From Octopus bimaculoides (lineage: Eukaryota): a DNA stretch of 38,861 nt. The position numbers were made by a program, and so were the translations under genes. The stretch is taken from positions 40,759,167-40,798,027 of the forward strand of contig NC_068990.1 in the NCBI RefSeq assembly GCF_001194135.2, given 5' to 3'. Positions within the stretch are counted from its first letter, which is position 1. Each line of letters begins with the position of its first letter. Below the pieces are notes generated by a model, which ran no database searches, was not told the origin of the DNA, and was given only the letters and a program-made list of their open reading frames with translations. Shown in pieces: positions 1 to 11,809 of the stretch.

Positions 1-77
1 AAACGTATATATTCAAATGAACATATTTATCTTCTTCAATATATATTTCAGTATAAAGAATTCATTAAAAGACTGAA

Positions 78-87
78 TGTATGTATG

Positions 88-156
<69 letters not shown>

Positions 157-178
157 GTGTGCGTGTGTGTGCGTGTGT
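78..178. repeat. Compound (TATG)/(TA)/(TG)n microsatellite
   Basis: Directly visible. Confidence 0.95.
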
Positions 179-649
179 AGATTTTAAACATGTGTTGAAA
201 ATCTCCCACCCTGTCCTGTTCCGTTCCCTCACCTCTCCTCTATATCTCTAACACACATTATTCTTATCCCCTCCACTGTACAATCAAATATATATATAAA
301 ATAGGATTTTTTACTAAGAGAATCTTGACTTTCAGTTTTCTGGCTAAAGGAATCAATTCTTGGGGAAAAACTCAGACGGGACTAATAAAACAGCCTCGTT
401 CTGGATTTACTTTAGTCTGTTCTCTTTTATTTACAAATTTCGTACCGAGGATGTGGAGTTTCCTGGCCTCCAACAGGTGTCCTAACCAAAGCAGATAACT
501 CCCGAATTTGCCTATCAATTTTCAAAAATTTGGAAACAATATAAATTCGTTACTATGGAAGTGTTACAATATACAAAATATAGCTATATACTCACTCTTT
601 TACAAAACATTTGAGTTCCAATTTTATCTGGCACATGATAATTTGGTCA

Positions 650-729
650 ACTATACATACATGCATACATGCATACATACATACATACATACATACATAC
701 ATGCATACATACACACATGCATGCATGCA

Positions 730-807
<78 letters not shown>

Positions 808-822
808 AAGAGAGAGAGCGAA
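650..822. repeat. Compound (CATA)n-(CATG)n-(TA)n-(GA)n microsatellite
   Basis: Directly visible; source of the [12 protein letters not shown] pseudo-ORFs. Confidence 0.95.
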
Positions 823-1329
823 AGAGAGCAATGAGAAAATGGAGGATAATATGCGGTACCCATCGACTTGCAGACAATGTATTCCGTTGATTAATCTATT
901 TATTTTATAACTAAATTGACAAAAAACACAATATTCAGACACTTATGACATACCATGTCATATTAACAATTAAGATTTCAAATATAAAGGACATTTAGCA
1001 ATTGGAGAAGGGAGAGAATCTTACAGCTGTTTCGGCCTAGCGTTGGCATGCCCCATTCTTTCGCTATAGCTCCTAGATACTATTCCTTAGTGAGTTGAAT
1101 CCTAAACCCTTAACTCTCTTGGATTATATATATATATATATATATATGAATGTATACATACATACAAACATACATACATATAGCTATAACATATACATAC
1201 ATATATGAATGTGTGTAATGTGTGGGCGTATGTTAGTGTGTATGAACGTGTGTGTATGTGTGTATTTATACACATTCATACAGACAGCATGCATACATTC
1301 ATACACACACCCACACACACACTGATGCA

Positions 1330-1360
<31 letters not shown>

Positions 1361-1451
1361 GAATGAGCCTAAATTTCTTTGTTATCCGCTTTCTTTGTCT
1401 CTACATATGTCAGTTTTCGATCAGAAACTAAGTCTCTGTGTGACGGAGAGC

Positions 1452-1452
<1 letters not shown>

Positions 1453-1540
<88 letters not shown>
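1453..1540. repeat. Perfect (AC)44 microsatellite
   Basis: Directly visible. Confidence 0.97.
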
Positions 1541-1541
<1 letters not shown>

Positions 1542-1774
1542 AACAAAAGAAAAAAAGAAAAAGATACTTAATGACTGCAAAAGGCGAGAGAAAGACGCTG
1601 AAAGTTTTATAATGGGAGGCAATGATAAGAAAAAAAGAAAAGATATAGTGAGAGAAATATGAAGGAGGGGAGATGAGAGAATGAGATAGGAAGGCTAGGA
1701 GGAAGAGAAGGAAGGGAAAAGGGGGAAAATTACGCCTGATGATCTCTGACGTCATACACTTGCTAACACTTAGA

Positions 1775-2660
1775 TGATTTTAAACTTATTGTTTTACTTC
1801 GTTTCCAGCCAGCAGTGTTCTAACTTCTCTTTGATCTTCACTCTGTCCTTTTCCCTTCGTTTTCTTTCGTTTTTTTCTTTTTTTATCATTTTCTCACAGT
1901 ATTTCTGTTTTTCTTTCTCTCTTCTCTTTCTTCACTCACTTTTAGTGTTTGTTCAATCTCTCTACTCGCTTTTCCTTTTCATACTTTCCTTCGCTCTCTC
2001 TCTTACTCTCTCGTTTTTTTTTTCTCTCGGACCTCTCTCCTTTCCACTCTGTCTATCCTTTCATTCTCCCTCAGTGTCTCACGTTTTTTTCCTTCCCCGT
2101 TTACATTTTATCTATTTCCACCCTCTTACTACTTCGCAATATCCCATTCTCGTTCATCCTAAGCCTTTATAGAAACCTAATTTACCCAATCTCCCCTCCT
2201 CCTTACATTCAATTTCTCTTTTTTCACCTCAACACTTATTTCTCCACCACTTTTTTTTCCACTCAAGACAGGAAGTAGTCTCTCTCACTCTCTCTACTCT
2301 ACCTCCCCCTCCATTCAATCACTATTATTCAATCTGTCTCTAGTTTTCATGCTACAAACGAATAAACTATCTCTCTATCCATAATTCCTACAAACTCTTC
2401 TATTTTCTTCTTTAGCTTTTTTCTTTCCTTATGCACTGCCTTTCTCACATATTCTTCGCTTTTTCTATTTTTTGTCCCTCTTATTATTTTTCTATCCTTG
2501 GTTCTTAACATCTCTCTCATTATTTTATTCTAACTTCTCTCACTTTTAGCGTTTTATATACTATCATTTTTCTCGATTATGTTCTGCCTATAATTGATAG
2601 TCCCCCGTCAATCACTACCCAATCACTATCACACTCGAATCTCTCTCACGTTCGTCACTC
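1775..2660. repeat. Pyrimidine-rich (C/T) low-complexity tract, preceded by a purine-rich tract at about 1545-1730
   Basis: Strong strand asymmetry and degenerate (CT)/(CTTT) runs; ORFs here are F/L/S-rich artefacts. Confidence 0.85.
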
Positions 2661-3974
2661 TTCACAAAATTTCTGTCCCTTAATTAATTTCATATGTACT
2701 AGTATAACACATATATATGCATATCCAGACACAAAGCTGATTGAAACAAATTCATTTAGTTCCTCTATATCTTGATATGAAATCATTGCACAAGCAGTCA
2801 TTTTCGTTTGCTTCTGCTAGTTTTTCTCTTTTTTTTTTAATGAGTATTAAGCTAACCTTGACTTCATTCGTATTGAATCAATACTTACATATATGATCAT
2901 GTATTTATTCAAATGGTCGAATGGGTATATAACTATTTAATAGATCTTGAGTTCACTTCCACTGCAGGATTTTAATTCAACATTTGGGCAATATACTTAA
3001 TATATTTGGGCAATATACTTCATGACCCTGTTTATGTAGCTGCTTGAAATAAGTACCATGTCATTCAGGAATGGTACATGCCATTGATCTAACACCTCTA
3101 CAAGCGAAAATGTTCTCGTCTCCACTTATCATCACGAAACTAGAGTTAAGCATCGGCCCTTAAAACCTGCTCAAGGCTGAAGAGACATTTACTGTCATAA
3201 ATACCTGTTTGGAGTAGCAAAAACGCAAGGATACTTAACGATGCATACTCTACGTATATAAATATACAGACAGATAATATACACAAGTTTAACATCTAGT
3301 TACATATATGTAAATATGTACACGCGTACACACTTAGACTGAGAAAATTACGCAATCATACATAAGTATACATAACACTCGCTACGAAGAAGGCCGTTTG
3401 GTTACAAGTAGTGGTGAGTATAAGTATTCTTGAAGTATTTCACAGACAAGTCACTTTCTGGAATTCATTCTATTTTACGGCATATGTATAGAAGATGTAG
3501 TGCATAACACTTGTAGCACATGTAGTATCTACAAATATCTAAAGTCAACTAGGAAGACCTCTACATGAACGCATGACCAAGTGGAAATATTAGCCAGAAG
3601 TCGCTCAAATCTTTAAAAAAAATGACAGCTACACTGGATAATATTGTCCTGAAATATACTATTTTCTAATAAGACTTGAATGTCATTAATCACACACTAG
3701 CTCAATAAGAACTTCCAGGGGCTAAAGAACAACACGTATAACAACGTAATGCAAAATAAATCGAGCGAGTCATTTGTTTATGAATATAACAATCTGCAGA
3801 TGTCAATTTAACGTAATTTAACTATGCTCTTCCTCAAGAAGTCACTGCAATCTATTTTTAAACATACCACGATTTAAATATGTAGAATTTAGTTTGCATA
3901 GTTTCTTTTTAGTAATAGAGAAACTATGTTGAACAGTAAATATGCGTTGACATTATTTTAGACAGTTTACGTTA

Positions 3975-4135
3975 AAGCATCAGATTAAATACCGCGCGGT
4001 ATTTGATACAGTTCTATACATCCAAGTTCAAATCTCATCTCGGTCAACTTTTGTTTTCATCCCACCGGGTCCATACTATAAAGTACCAGAGTAGGACTGG
4101 AGTCAATGTAATCGTCTAACACCTACCTTCAAAAG
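3975..4135 (+). mobile_element. Diverged SINE copy, family C (central gtcgactttgcctttcatcctttcggggtcgataaa-like domain)
   Basis: Aligns by eye to copies at 19930-20072, 25385-25475 and 26272-26452: gttcaaat B-box-like motif, cggtcaacttttgttttcatcc, aagtaccag..ctggagtcaatgtaatcg. The central motif resembles the Meta domain of MetaSINEs as I recall it. Confidence 0.65.
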
Positions 4136-5284
4136 AGCCAGTCATATGCCCAAATTACAAACCATTATTTTAGGCAGTTTAATATATATATATATATGTA
4201 TATATAAACATATACACCCTCCCACCAATTATGCATATACATATACCCTCAAACTTACCTACATGACAGATGTGATTACCAGTTGCTCAAAAATGTCATC
4301 AAAGCATCACCTCCCAATACGTTGTTGCAAAGAGAATATACAATGCTATCCGAGAAAGAAGACCGTCTTGGAATAAATGTAGAGACCCTCTCCCTATTGA
4401 ATACATATATAAACATCAATGCAAGGAATATTGGTAGAACAGTCGCATGAAATTTCTACAAACAGCAAACAAAATAGATAGGTATCCTTGTTTGGGAGAG
4501 ACAAGTAAAAGTCATAAAGGTCAGCTATTTTGCTGATGTGAATATCTCTTAGAAATAAAAAAAGCAAATGAGTATAATTGTGGAGAGTTGCTTCGAAAGC
4601 TTCAGCTTATAAATCACGGTTATAAATTCATATTTATACTAATAATAATTCATGGACATGATTTTGTTAGCAAATGTCCAAGTGACAAATTAGAATAGCA
4701 ACGAGGTAACACGTTCTTCACAAATATAATCTGTAAGCGAAACAGTAAACATACGCAAAGCTTTTCTCAAGTTCAAAATGTGAATTTGTTTTCGTTATCT
4801 CATAGTCGAAAGATGGAGCTTTGCAGCATTGCTAGAAACTTCCAATAATTAAAAATAGAAGATAAAATATATACACAGATATGTGTGCGTGTGTGTATGC
4901 ACATACATACATGCATACATACATACACACACATACATACATACACACATACATACATACATACACACATAAATATATATGTGTGTACGTGTGCGTGTGT
5001 GTTTGTGTGTCTATTACCGATCGCACAGACATCGAAAATGTTTACATTATCAGAGCTGCTCTTAATTCGTTTTATATATATATATATATGTAAGTAGAGC
5101 AAGTGGTTGGAATAATTGTCTAAGGGATAAGAATATCTGTTAATACTACCGGTATAAATTACCGACTGACATAGGTAGCAGAAACGGCTGTGAGCAATGT
5201 TAAAGTGTTGTATTAAAAGAAATAATAATCGATGGTAGTCAGTTTGTTTGTTGATCAAAAATTTTCTCCATTTTCTGCTTAATT

Positions 5285-5315
<31 letters not shown>

Positions 5316-5417
5316 GTATATATATATATATATATATACATATAAATATATATCTATGTATGTATGTACGTATGTGTGTTTGTATAAATTAATCACTTGT
5401 GTGAAGCAGTATTAGTA

Positions 5418-5464
5418 TCTCCTACTGAGGACGGTATAACAAAGCCAGAAATGCATCTAGAAGA
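5418..5464 (+). ncRNA. Candidate minimal type I hammerhead ribozyme
   Basis: CTGAGGA core (5425-5431), stem II cgg/cca, GAAA (5448-5451), palindromic stem III atgcat (5451-5456), AUC triplet ending at 5457, stem I cta/tag plus tct/aga. One mismatch, at the base of stem II. Confidence 0.55.
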
Positions 5465-5610
5465 CAAATACAGAGCGCTGCAGAACTGATGATGGTGTAT
5501 TTACATCTTTTAAAATAAATGAGAATTTTTTTCTCTACAACCAAATTTCCTTTCAAAGTTATATATCACAGTGCAAAAGCTTCACCTCTAAGTCACACGC
5601 CTTCACAATA

Positions 5611-5644
<34 letters not shown>

Positions 5645-5668
5645 TGTGTGCTCGTGTGTGTGTAGATA

Positions 5669-5699
<31 letters not shown>

Positions 5700-5705
<6 letters not shown>

Positions 5706-6085
5706 ACTTGTTTCAGTCATTAGACTGCGGCCATGATAGGGCAGTACCTTGAATTTTTAATCGAATGATTTAATCGACCTCAATACTTCTTTTTTAAACC
5801 TGGTACTTATTCTATCGGTCTATTTTGCCGAAGCACTGGTTTACGGGGACGCAATCACACTAACACCGGTCGTCAAGTTGTGATGGGGTACAAACACAGA
5901 CAGAAATACACACACACATAGATACATATGCATATATAAATATGTCGGGCTTTTTTCAGTTTCCATTAACCAAATCTATTAACAAGGCTTTTGCCGGCGT
6001 GAGGCTATAGTAGAAGACTCTTACCCAAGGTGCGTGTCATGCAGTGGGACTGAACACAGAACCATTTGGTCGGGAAGGAAGCACC
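5700..6085 (-). mobile_element. tRNA-derived CORE-like SINE, family B, 5'-truncated
   Basis: Colinear with the fuller copy at 31729-32137 (gtttcagtc..gactgcggccatg, ctggtacttattctatcggtc, gaggctatagtagaagac..cccaaggtg, gcagtgggactgaac); lacks the A-box end. Confidence 0.85.
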
Positions 6086-6506
6086 TATATTTGTGTGTGT
6101 GTGTCTGTCTGTCTTTCTTCATAGCCTAAAAGGCTTTTTCTGTTTGTATTGTATCGTTTTAGTACTCTATACGTATTGTACAGCCGTAGGGTATTTTCTA
6201 TTATGTATAACGTTATTTTGTCCTGTCCTCGCACACATTCGTCAGCTTTTTCCCTGGAGCTCTCTGCTCTGGCGCTCCTGGTAGATAACAGTGGTCTTGG
6301 TTTAAATAGCGTGAAACGACTATGACGTCTCAGATACCAACTGATGAGAAAGTCAGCAGCGAATGTTCTTTGAATGGTGTTTTTGTTTCCCTTTTCTGTC
6401 CATTATGCTTTCGCCCAGTTTTCGTCAATTTTACCCCTTCTGTCTAACTTTTGGTATGTATGTATGTATGTATGTATGTATGTATGTATCTATGTATGCA
6501 TGTATG

Positions 6507-6546
<40 letters not shown>

Positions 6547-6789
6547 GCCAGTGTAAAATCGGGCATCCATTTGCATTCATTTTTACGTAACTTTATGATT
6601 CCGAACAACATAATATTAAAAAATAATCTTTTCCGTGGTGCGATTAATCAGAAGAACATTTTGAACTCTCCAAGATTAGTAGGAGTAACGAACTCTTTTC
6701 AAACTATATCAGTGACTAGCTGGCAGTGTTGGATGAGGGATTAAGTTTATTACCCAAAACCAGTCCGTCTGTCGGACTTGAGATTACGG

Positions 6790-6866
6790 TACGTGCTGTA
6801 CACTGAGTTCGAACCCGAAAGAATGTAAATACAAAGCAAGCTTCTCAACCATACAGCCATGCCTGA
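6790..6866 (-). mobile_element. Degenerate tRNA-like SINE head (family B-like)
   Basis: Reverse complement caggcatggctgtatggttgagaagcttgc...gggttcgaactc has A-box-like and B-box-like motifs matching the head at 32060-32137. Confidence 0.5.
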
Positions 6867-6909
6867 TTATACTGGTGCCAAGAGGAAAATTTTAGAAATT
6901 TGCACCATG

Positions 6910-7180
6910 AGCATGTGTGTGCACGCGTGCACGTGTGCATGTGTGTGTGTATAAATACATATATATATATTTATATATATGTATATGCATGCATGTATGT
7001 ATATATGTATATATATATATACGTATGTATATACATATATATATATACCTTATATATATATATGTATATACATATATATATATACCTTATATATATATAT
7101 TTATACATATGTGCGTGTGTATGTATATATGCATGTATGCATGCATCTCTGTATATAAATGTGTGTGTATGAGTGTGTGT
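6910..7180. repeat. Compound (TG)/(TA)/(TATG) microsatellite
   Basis: Directly visible. Confidence 0.9.
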
Positions 7181-7669
7181 AATTAAAAAAAAACACAAGT
7201 TCCGGAGTCAATGCTTCAACGAAGCCGTCTACAAACAAACGCATCACATACAAGACACATTACAATATTTCTATTAATAACCATTTTACAAATCATCACA
7301 CATTTTATAACAGCCATTAGCACCAAACTTTAGAAAACAATTAAAAAAAAAACCCAGAGTGGTGGAAGATCACAGACAACATCCGCCATCGTATGGTTGG
7401 ATATCCTGATAAGGGGGTCACGAGACCATGAAACGCCGATAAGATGGACATGGTGAAATTTATATACAATGACCCAATAGGAATAAAGAAATCAATATAA
7501 AGACCGAAAGACTAAATAAATTTCACAATAAAATAAAAAGAAAAATTCCGTGAAACTATAAATGCGTAAAATTGTGATTTCTTAATGTCTATACCTCCCT
7601 TTCTTTGGATATTAGGTACGTATGTATGCATACGTGTACGTATAGACTTAATTATATGTGTGAACGCAC

Positions 7670-7755
7670 ACAGACACACACATGCGCACAGACACACAGA
7701 CACAGACACACACACAGACACACACACACACACACACACACACACNNNNNNNNNN

Positions 7756-7800
<45 letters not shown>

Positions 7801-7810
7801 CACACACTCA
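7670..7810. repeat. (CA)n/(CAGA)n microsatellite spanning a 10-N gap (7746-7755)
   Basis: Directly visible. Confidence 0.9.
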
Positions 7811-8077
7811 CATGCACCAGAGCACGCACATGGTCGAACAAACGCACGCATATGTATCGTACAAAACAAGCATTCACACGTGTGAATCTTCTATTTTTGT
7901 TTCATTTCATTCACATACACTTTGTAATCATGGCTCTAATTAATTAAGTCTAAATTTCATATTGAGCACTCTACGGATAACACTTCGTTTTTAGCTGAAT
8001 TACTGTGATGTGTACTGAAAAGCATATATCTATTACCCACCCAGATCTACATATGCGCACATACTCCCCCACCACTC

Positions 8078-8091
8078 TCTCTTTCTCTCTC

Positions 8092-8174
<83 letters not shown>

Positions 8175-8256
8175 GTCTCTCTCTCTTTCTGTCTGTCTCT
8201 CTCTCTTTCTCTCTCTTTCTGTTTGCCTCTCTCACTCATACACACACAAGGATGTA

Positions 8257-8337
<81 letters not shown>

Positions 8338-8366
8338 GTATATTTATATATATATATATATATCGC
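8078..8366. repeat. (CT)n, (CTGT)n, (CTAT)n and (TA)n microsatellite block ending at a gap
   Basis: Directly visible; N gap 8367-8918 follows. Confidence 0.95.
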
Positions 8367-10329
8367 NNNNNNNNNNNNNNNNNNNNNNNNNNNNNNNNNN
8401 NNNNNNNNNNNNNNNNNNNNNNNNNNNNNNNNNNNNNNNNNNNNNNNNNNNNNNNNNNNNNNNNNNNNNNNNNNNNNNNNNNNNNNNNNNNNNNNNNNNN
8501 NNNNNNNNNNNNNNNNNNNNNNNNNNNNNNNNNNNNNNNNNNNNNNNNNNNNNNNNNNNNNNNNNNNNNNNNNNNNNNNNNNNNNNNNNNNNNNNNNNNN
8601 NNNNNNNNNNNNNNNNNNNNNNNNNNNNNNNNNNNNNNNNNNNNNNNNNNNNNNNNNNNNNNNNNNNNNNNNNNNNNNNNNNNNNNNNNNNNNNNNNNNN
8701 NNNNNNNNNNNNNNNNNNNNNNNNNNNNNNNNNNNNNNNNNNNNNNNNNNNNNNNNNNNNNNNNNNNNNNNNNNNNNNNNNNNNNNNNNNNNNNNNNNNN
8801 NNNNNNNNNNNNNNNNNNNNNNNNNNNNNNNNNNNNNNNNNNNNNNNNNNNNNNNNNNNNNNNNNNNNNNNNNNNNNNNNNNNNNNNNNNNNNNNNNNNN
8901 NNNNNNNNNNNNNNNNNNGGGGGGGGGGGGTGAGAGAATGTTGAGAGAAGTCTTCTGTAATAATACTAATTCCTGTTGTATGCTTCTTGCACTGAAGAGA
9001 ACAGTGATATGTAATTTATCTAATTAAATCAAATTAATTTTAATTATTCTGCCATGTTATTTACATGTTAATATCAATTTTTGAAACGATCGTATGCATG
9101 TATTAAAATTCTTTTAAATTTTAGCATCTCTTCTCCACTTTTAACATACTTGTTGAGTTTCTATGGGATACCTTTCCACAAATTCTCAGAAAACACCATA
9201 AACATGTAATAATTTCATATTCGTAAACATCTTACGCCAGTAAGCTACCAGCATAATATGAAGAATCTTTGTTAGAAATCACGAAATCACCCTTTGAAAC
9301 GCTCTAAAGTAAGGGATCAAATATAATTCAACGTTTCCACATATATATACACATATATATACACATATATATACATACATATAATACACACACATATGCA
9401 CAGTCAAGTTTTATGTCTTGAGAACTTTATACACCAACTCCATTTTAGTGGGTATATAGACAATATGTGAATGGTAGTATTTAAGCATATACAAGTGTTT
9501 TGTTTTCTTTTCGAAATTTATTTCATTATAAATGTATATAAGTATGTATGTATGTATTTACGCATATATATATATATATANNNNNNNNNNNNNNNNNNNN
9601 NNNNNNNNNNNNNNNNNNNNNNNNNNNNNNNNNNNNNNNNNNNNNNNNNNNNNNNNNNNNNNNNNNNNNNNNNNNNNNNNNNNNNNNNNNNNNNNNNNNN
9701 NNNNNNNNNNNNNNNNNNNNNNNNNNNNNNNNNNNNNNNNNNNNNNNNNNNNNNNNNNNNNNNNNNNNNNNNNNNNNNNNNNNNNNNNNNNNNNNNNNNN
9801 NNNNNNNNNNNNNNNNNNNNNNNNNNNNNNNNNNNNNNNNNNNNNNNNNNNNNNNNNNNNNNNNNNNNNNNNNNNNNNNNNNNNNNNNNNNNNNNNNNNN
9901 NNNNNNNNNNNNNNNNNNNNNNNNNNNNNNNNNNNNNNNNNNNNNNNNNNNNNNNNNNNNNNNNNNNNNNNNNNNNNNNNNNNNNNNNNNNNNNNNNNNN
10001 NNNNNNNNNNNNNNNNNNNNNNNNNNNNNNNNNNNNNNNNNNNNNNNNNNNNNNNNNNNNNNNNNNNNNNNNNNNNNNNNNNNNNNNNNNNNNNNNNNNN
10101 NNNNNNNNNNNNNNNNNNNNNNNNNNNNNNNNNNNNNNNNNNNNNNNNNNNNNNNNNNNNNNNNNNNNNNNNNNNNNNNNNNNNNNNNNNNNNNNNNNNN
10201 NNNNNNNNNNNNNNNNNNNNNNNNNNNNNNNNNNNNNNNNNNNNNNNNNNNNNNNNNNNNNNNNNNNNNNNNNNNNNNNNNNNNNNNNNNNNNNNNNNNN
10301 NNNNCAACACCAATAGTAATACAACCACC

Positions 10330-10533
10330 ATCGGCACCAGTGCCTACCAGCACCACCATCGGCACCAGTGCCTACCAGCACCAGCACCACCATCGGCACC
10401 AATGCCTACCAGCACCAGCACCACCATCGGCACCAGTGCCTACCAGCACCAACACCAGCACCACCATCGGCACCAGTGCCTACCAGCACCAGCACCACCA
10501 TCGGCACCAGTGCCTACCAGCACCGGCACCACT
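10330..10533. repeat. GC-rich minisatellite, six units of 28/34/34/40/34/34 bp
   Basis: Units start at 10330, 10358, 10392, 10426, 10466 and 10500; core atcggcaccagtgcctaccagcaccacc plus 6-nt inserts. Confidence 0.92.
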
Positions 10534-10559
10534 GTAACTGTCACCAGTCTACATTCAGC

Positions 10560-11053
10560 TTGCTTCTTGCTACATCGCCATCACAACCACTACCACCGCC
10601 ACTGCAACTACTTCTATGAACACCATTCCCATTATCAGCACTGGCCTACACCATAATCATCACTACGCCACTACGACCAGCCACACCATGACACTTAACA
10701 CCAAACACTACAAAACAACACTACTTCCCCCACACCGCCATCATCATCCACAAATAACAGCACAAACAATAAAAATAGTATTAACACACTAAAAACAATA
10801 GCATCACTATCTCCCCATCTCCGGAAATAACAACAATATCATTAACATATTACCATCACTGCCACCCGCAACAGCATGCTCACTCATACCATTATAACCA
10901 TCGTCATCATTACGATCAAGGCTATCTCAACCACATTTACAACTACCACCACTTCCAGTAGAACTAAAGCCGTCTCAACTACCATTAGTATAACCTACAT
11001 TCCTATAATACTACCACTACAAATAAAATGGTTTTAGCCACCACCACTACCAC

Positions 11054-11091
<38 letters not shown>

Positions 11092-11260
11092 ACACCACCG
11101 CTGCCACCACCACCAACATCACCATCACCATCACCATCTTCGTCATGACCATTACAAAAAGTACAATATCACCATCAGTATAATTTCCATCATTATAATA
11201 CCAGCTCCTCACTATAACCATTACAGTCACCCCCTCGCCACATCTCCCACAACATCGCCT
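10560..11260. repeat. C/A-rich cryptically simple sequence with (ACC)n, (GCC)n (about 11057-11090) and (CATCAC)n
   Basis: Directly visible degenerate trinucleotide repeats. Confidence 0.8.
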
Positions 11261-11499
11261 ATTCTTGACCCAGAACACCGGAAACTGTAATGTTATTGGT
11301 TCGAATCACTCGCACAGCCATCAAAGAGAATTTCTCTTTTTGAAATATGTATTTACAGTGTGTTCTACTTCCGGAGACAGCTACTCCCAACTAACACATT
11401 AGCAAATGATGGCCTCTTTCAATTCCTTCTATTGTTGTAGCAGGTGTTGTTGTTGTTGTTAATGATTTTTAAACTTAAAACAATTTCATCATCTTGGCT

Positions 11500-11632
11500 G
11501 AATCGGCAGTGTCGGACAAAAAGGTTTGTCGATATCTAGTTGCGTGCCTTAGTTCAAAACTCACCGGCATCGACTTTGCCTTTTATCCTTCTGAAGTTAA
11601 TAGAATAGAATCAAACATGTACTAGGGTCAAT
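11500..11632 (+). mobile_element. Diverged SINE fragment, family C
   Basis: agttcaaaactcaccggcatcgactttgccttttatccttctgaagttaatagaa..gtactagggtcaat matches the family C body. Confidence 0.6.
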
Positions 11633-11809
11633 TAAAGAGACAATACCACAATACTGCAAGTTGTGGTCTATAATTCTGTTAGAAATAATATGAAAATTAA
11701 ATTAAGTTTGAGTAAAGAACTCGTGATGAAGAATAAAAAACTAAAGGAGTTAGTAAATGAACTTGGAAAGAGGATTGTATATATTAGTGGTAAAAATAGT
11801 TCTTGACCA

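Noticed and set aside
2982-3020. 17-bp direct repeat atttgggcaatatactt x2
   Set aside because: It is a small local tandem duplication (period 22) with no intervening element, so it is not a TSD.
6310-6375. Hammerhead built from gaaacgac..gtc and ctgatgag
   Set aside because: Stems I and II do not pair in either the type I or type II arrangement, and tcag/ctga would sequester the core.
8919-8930. G12 run as a G-quadruplex
   Set aside because: It lies at a gap edge where homopolymers are unreliable, and the context is unknown.
10330-10533. CRISPR-like array
   Set aside because: There are no unique spacers, the context is eukaryotic and no cas genes are present; it is a head-to-tail minisatellite.
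11003-11278. Poly-Ala/poly-Val ORF on the minus strand
   Set aside because: It is explained by (GCC)n/(ACC)n repeats within cryptically simple DNA; no domain is recognisable.
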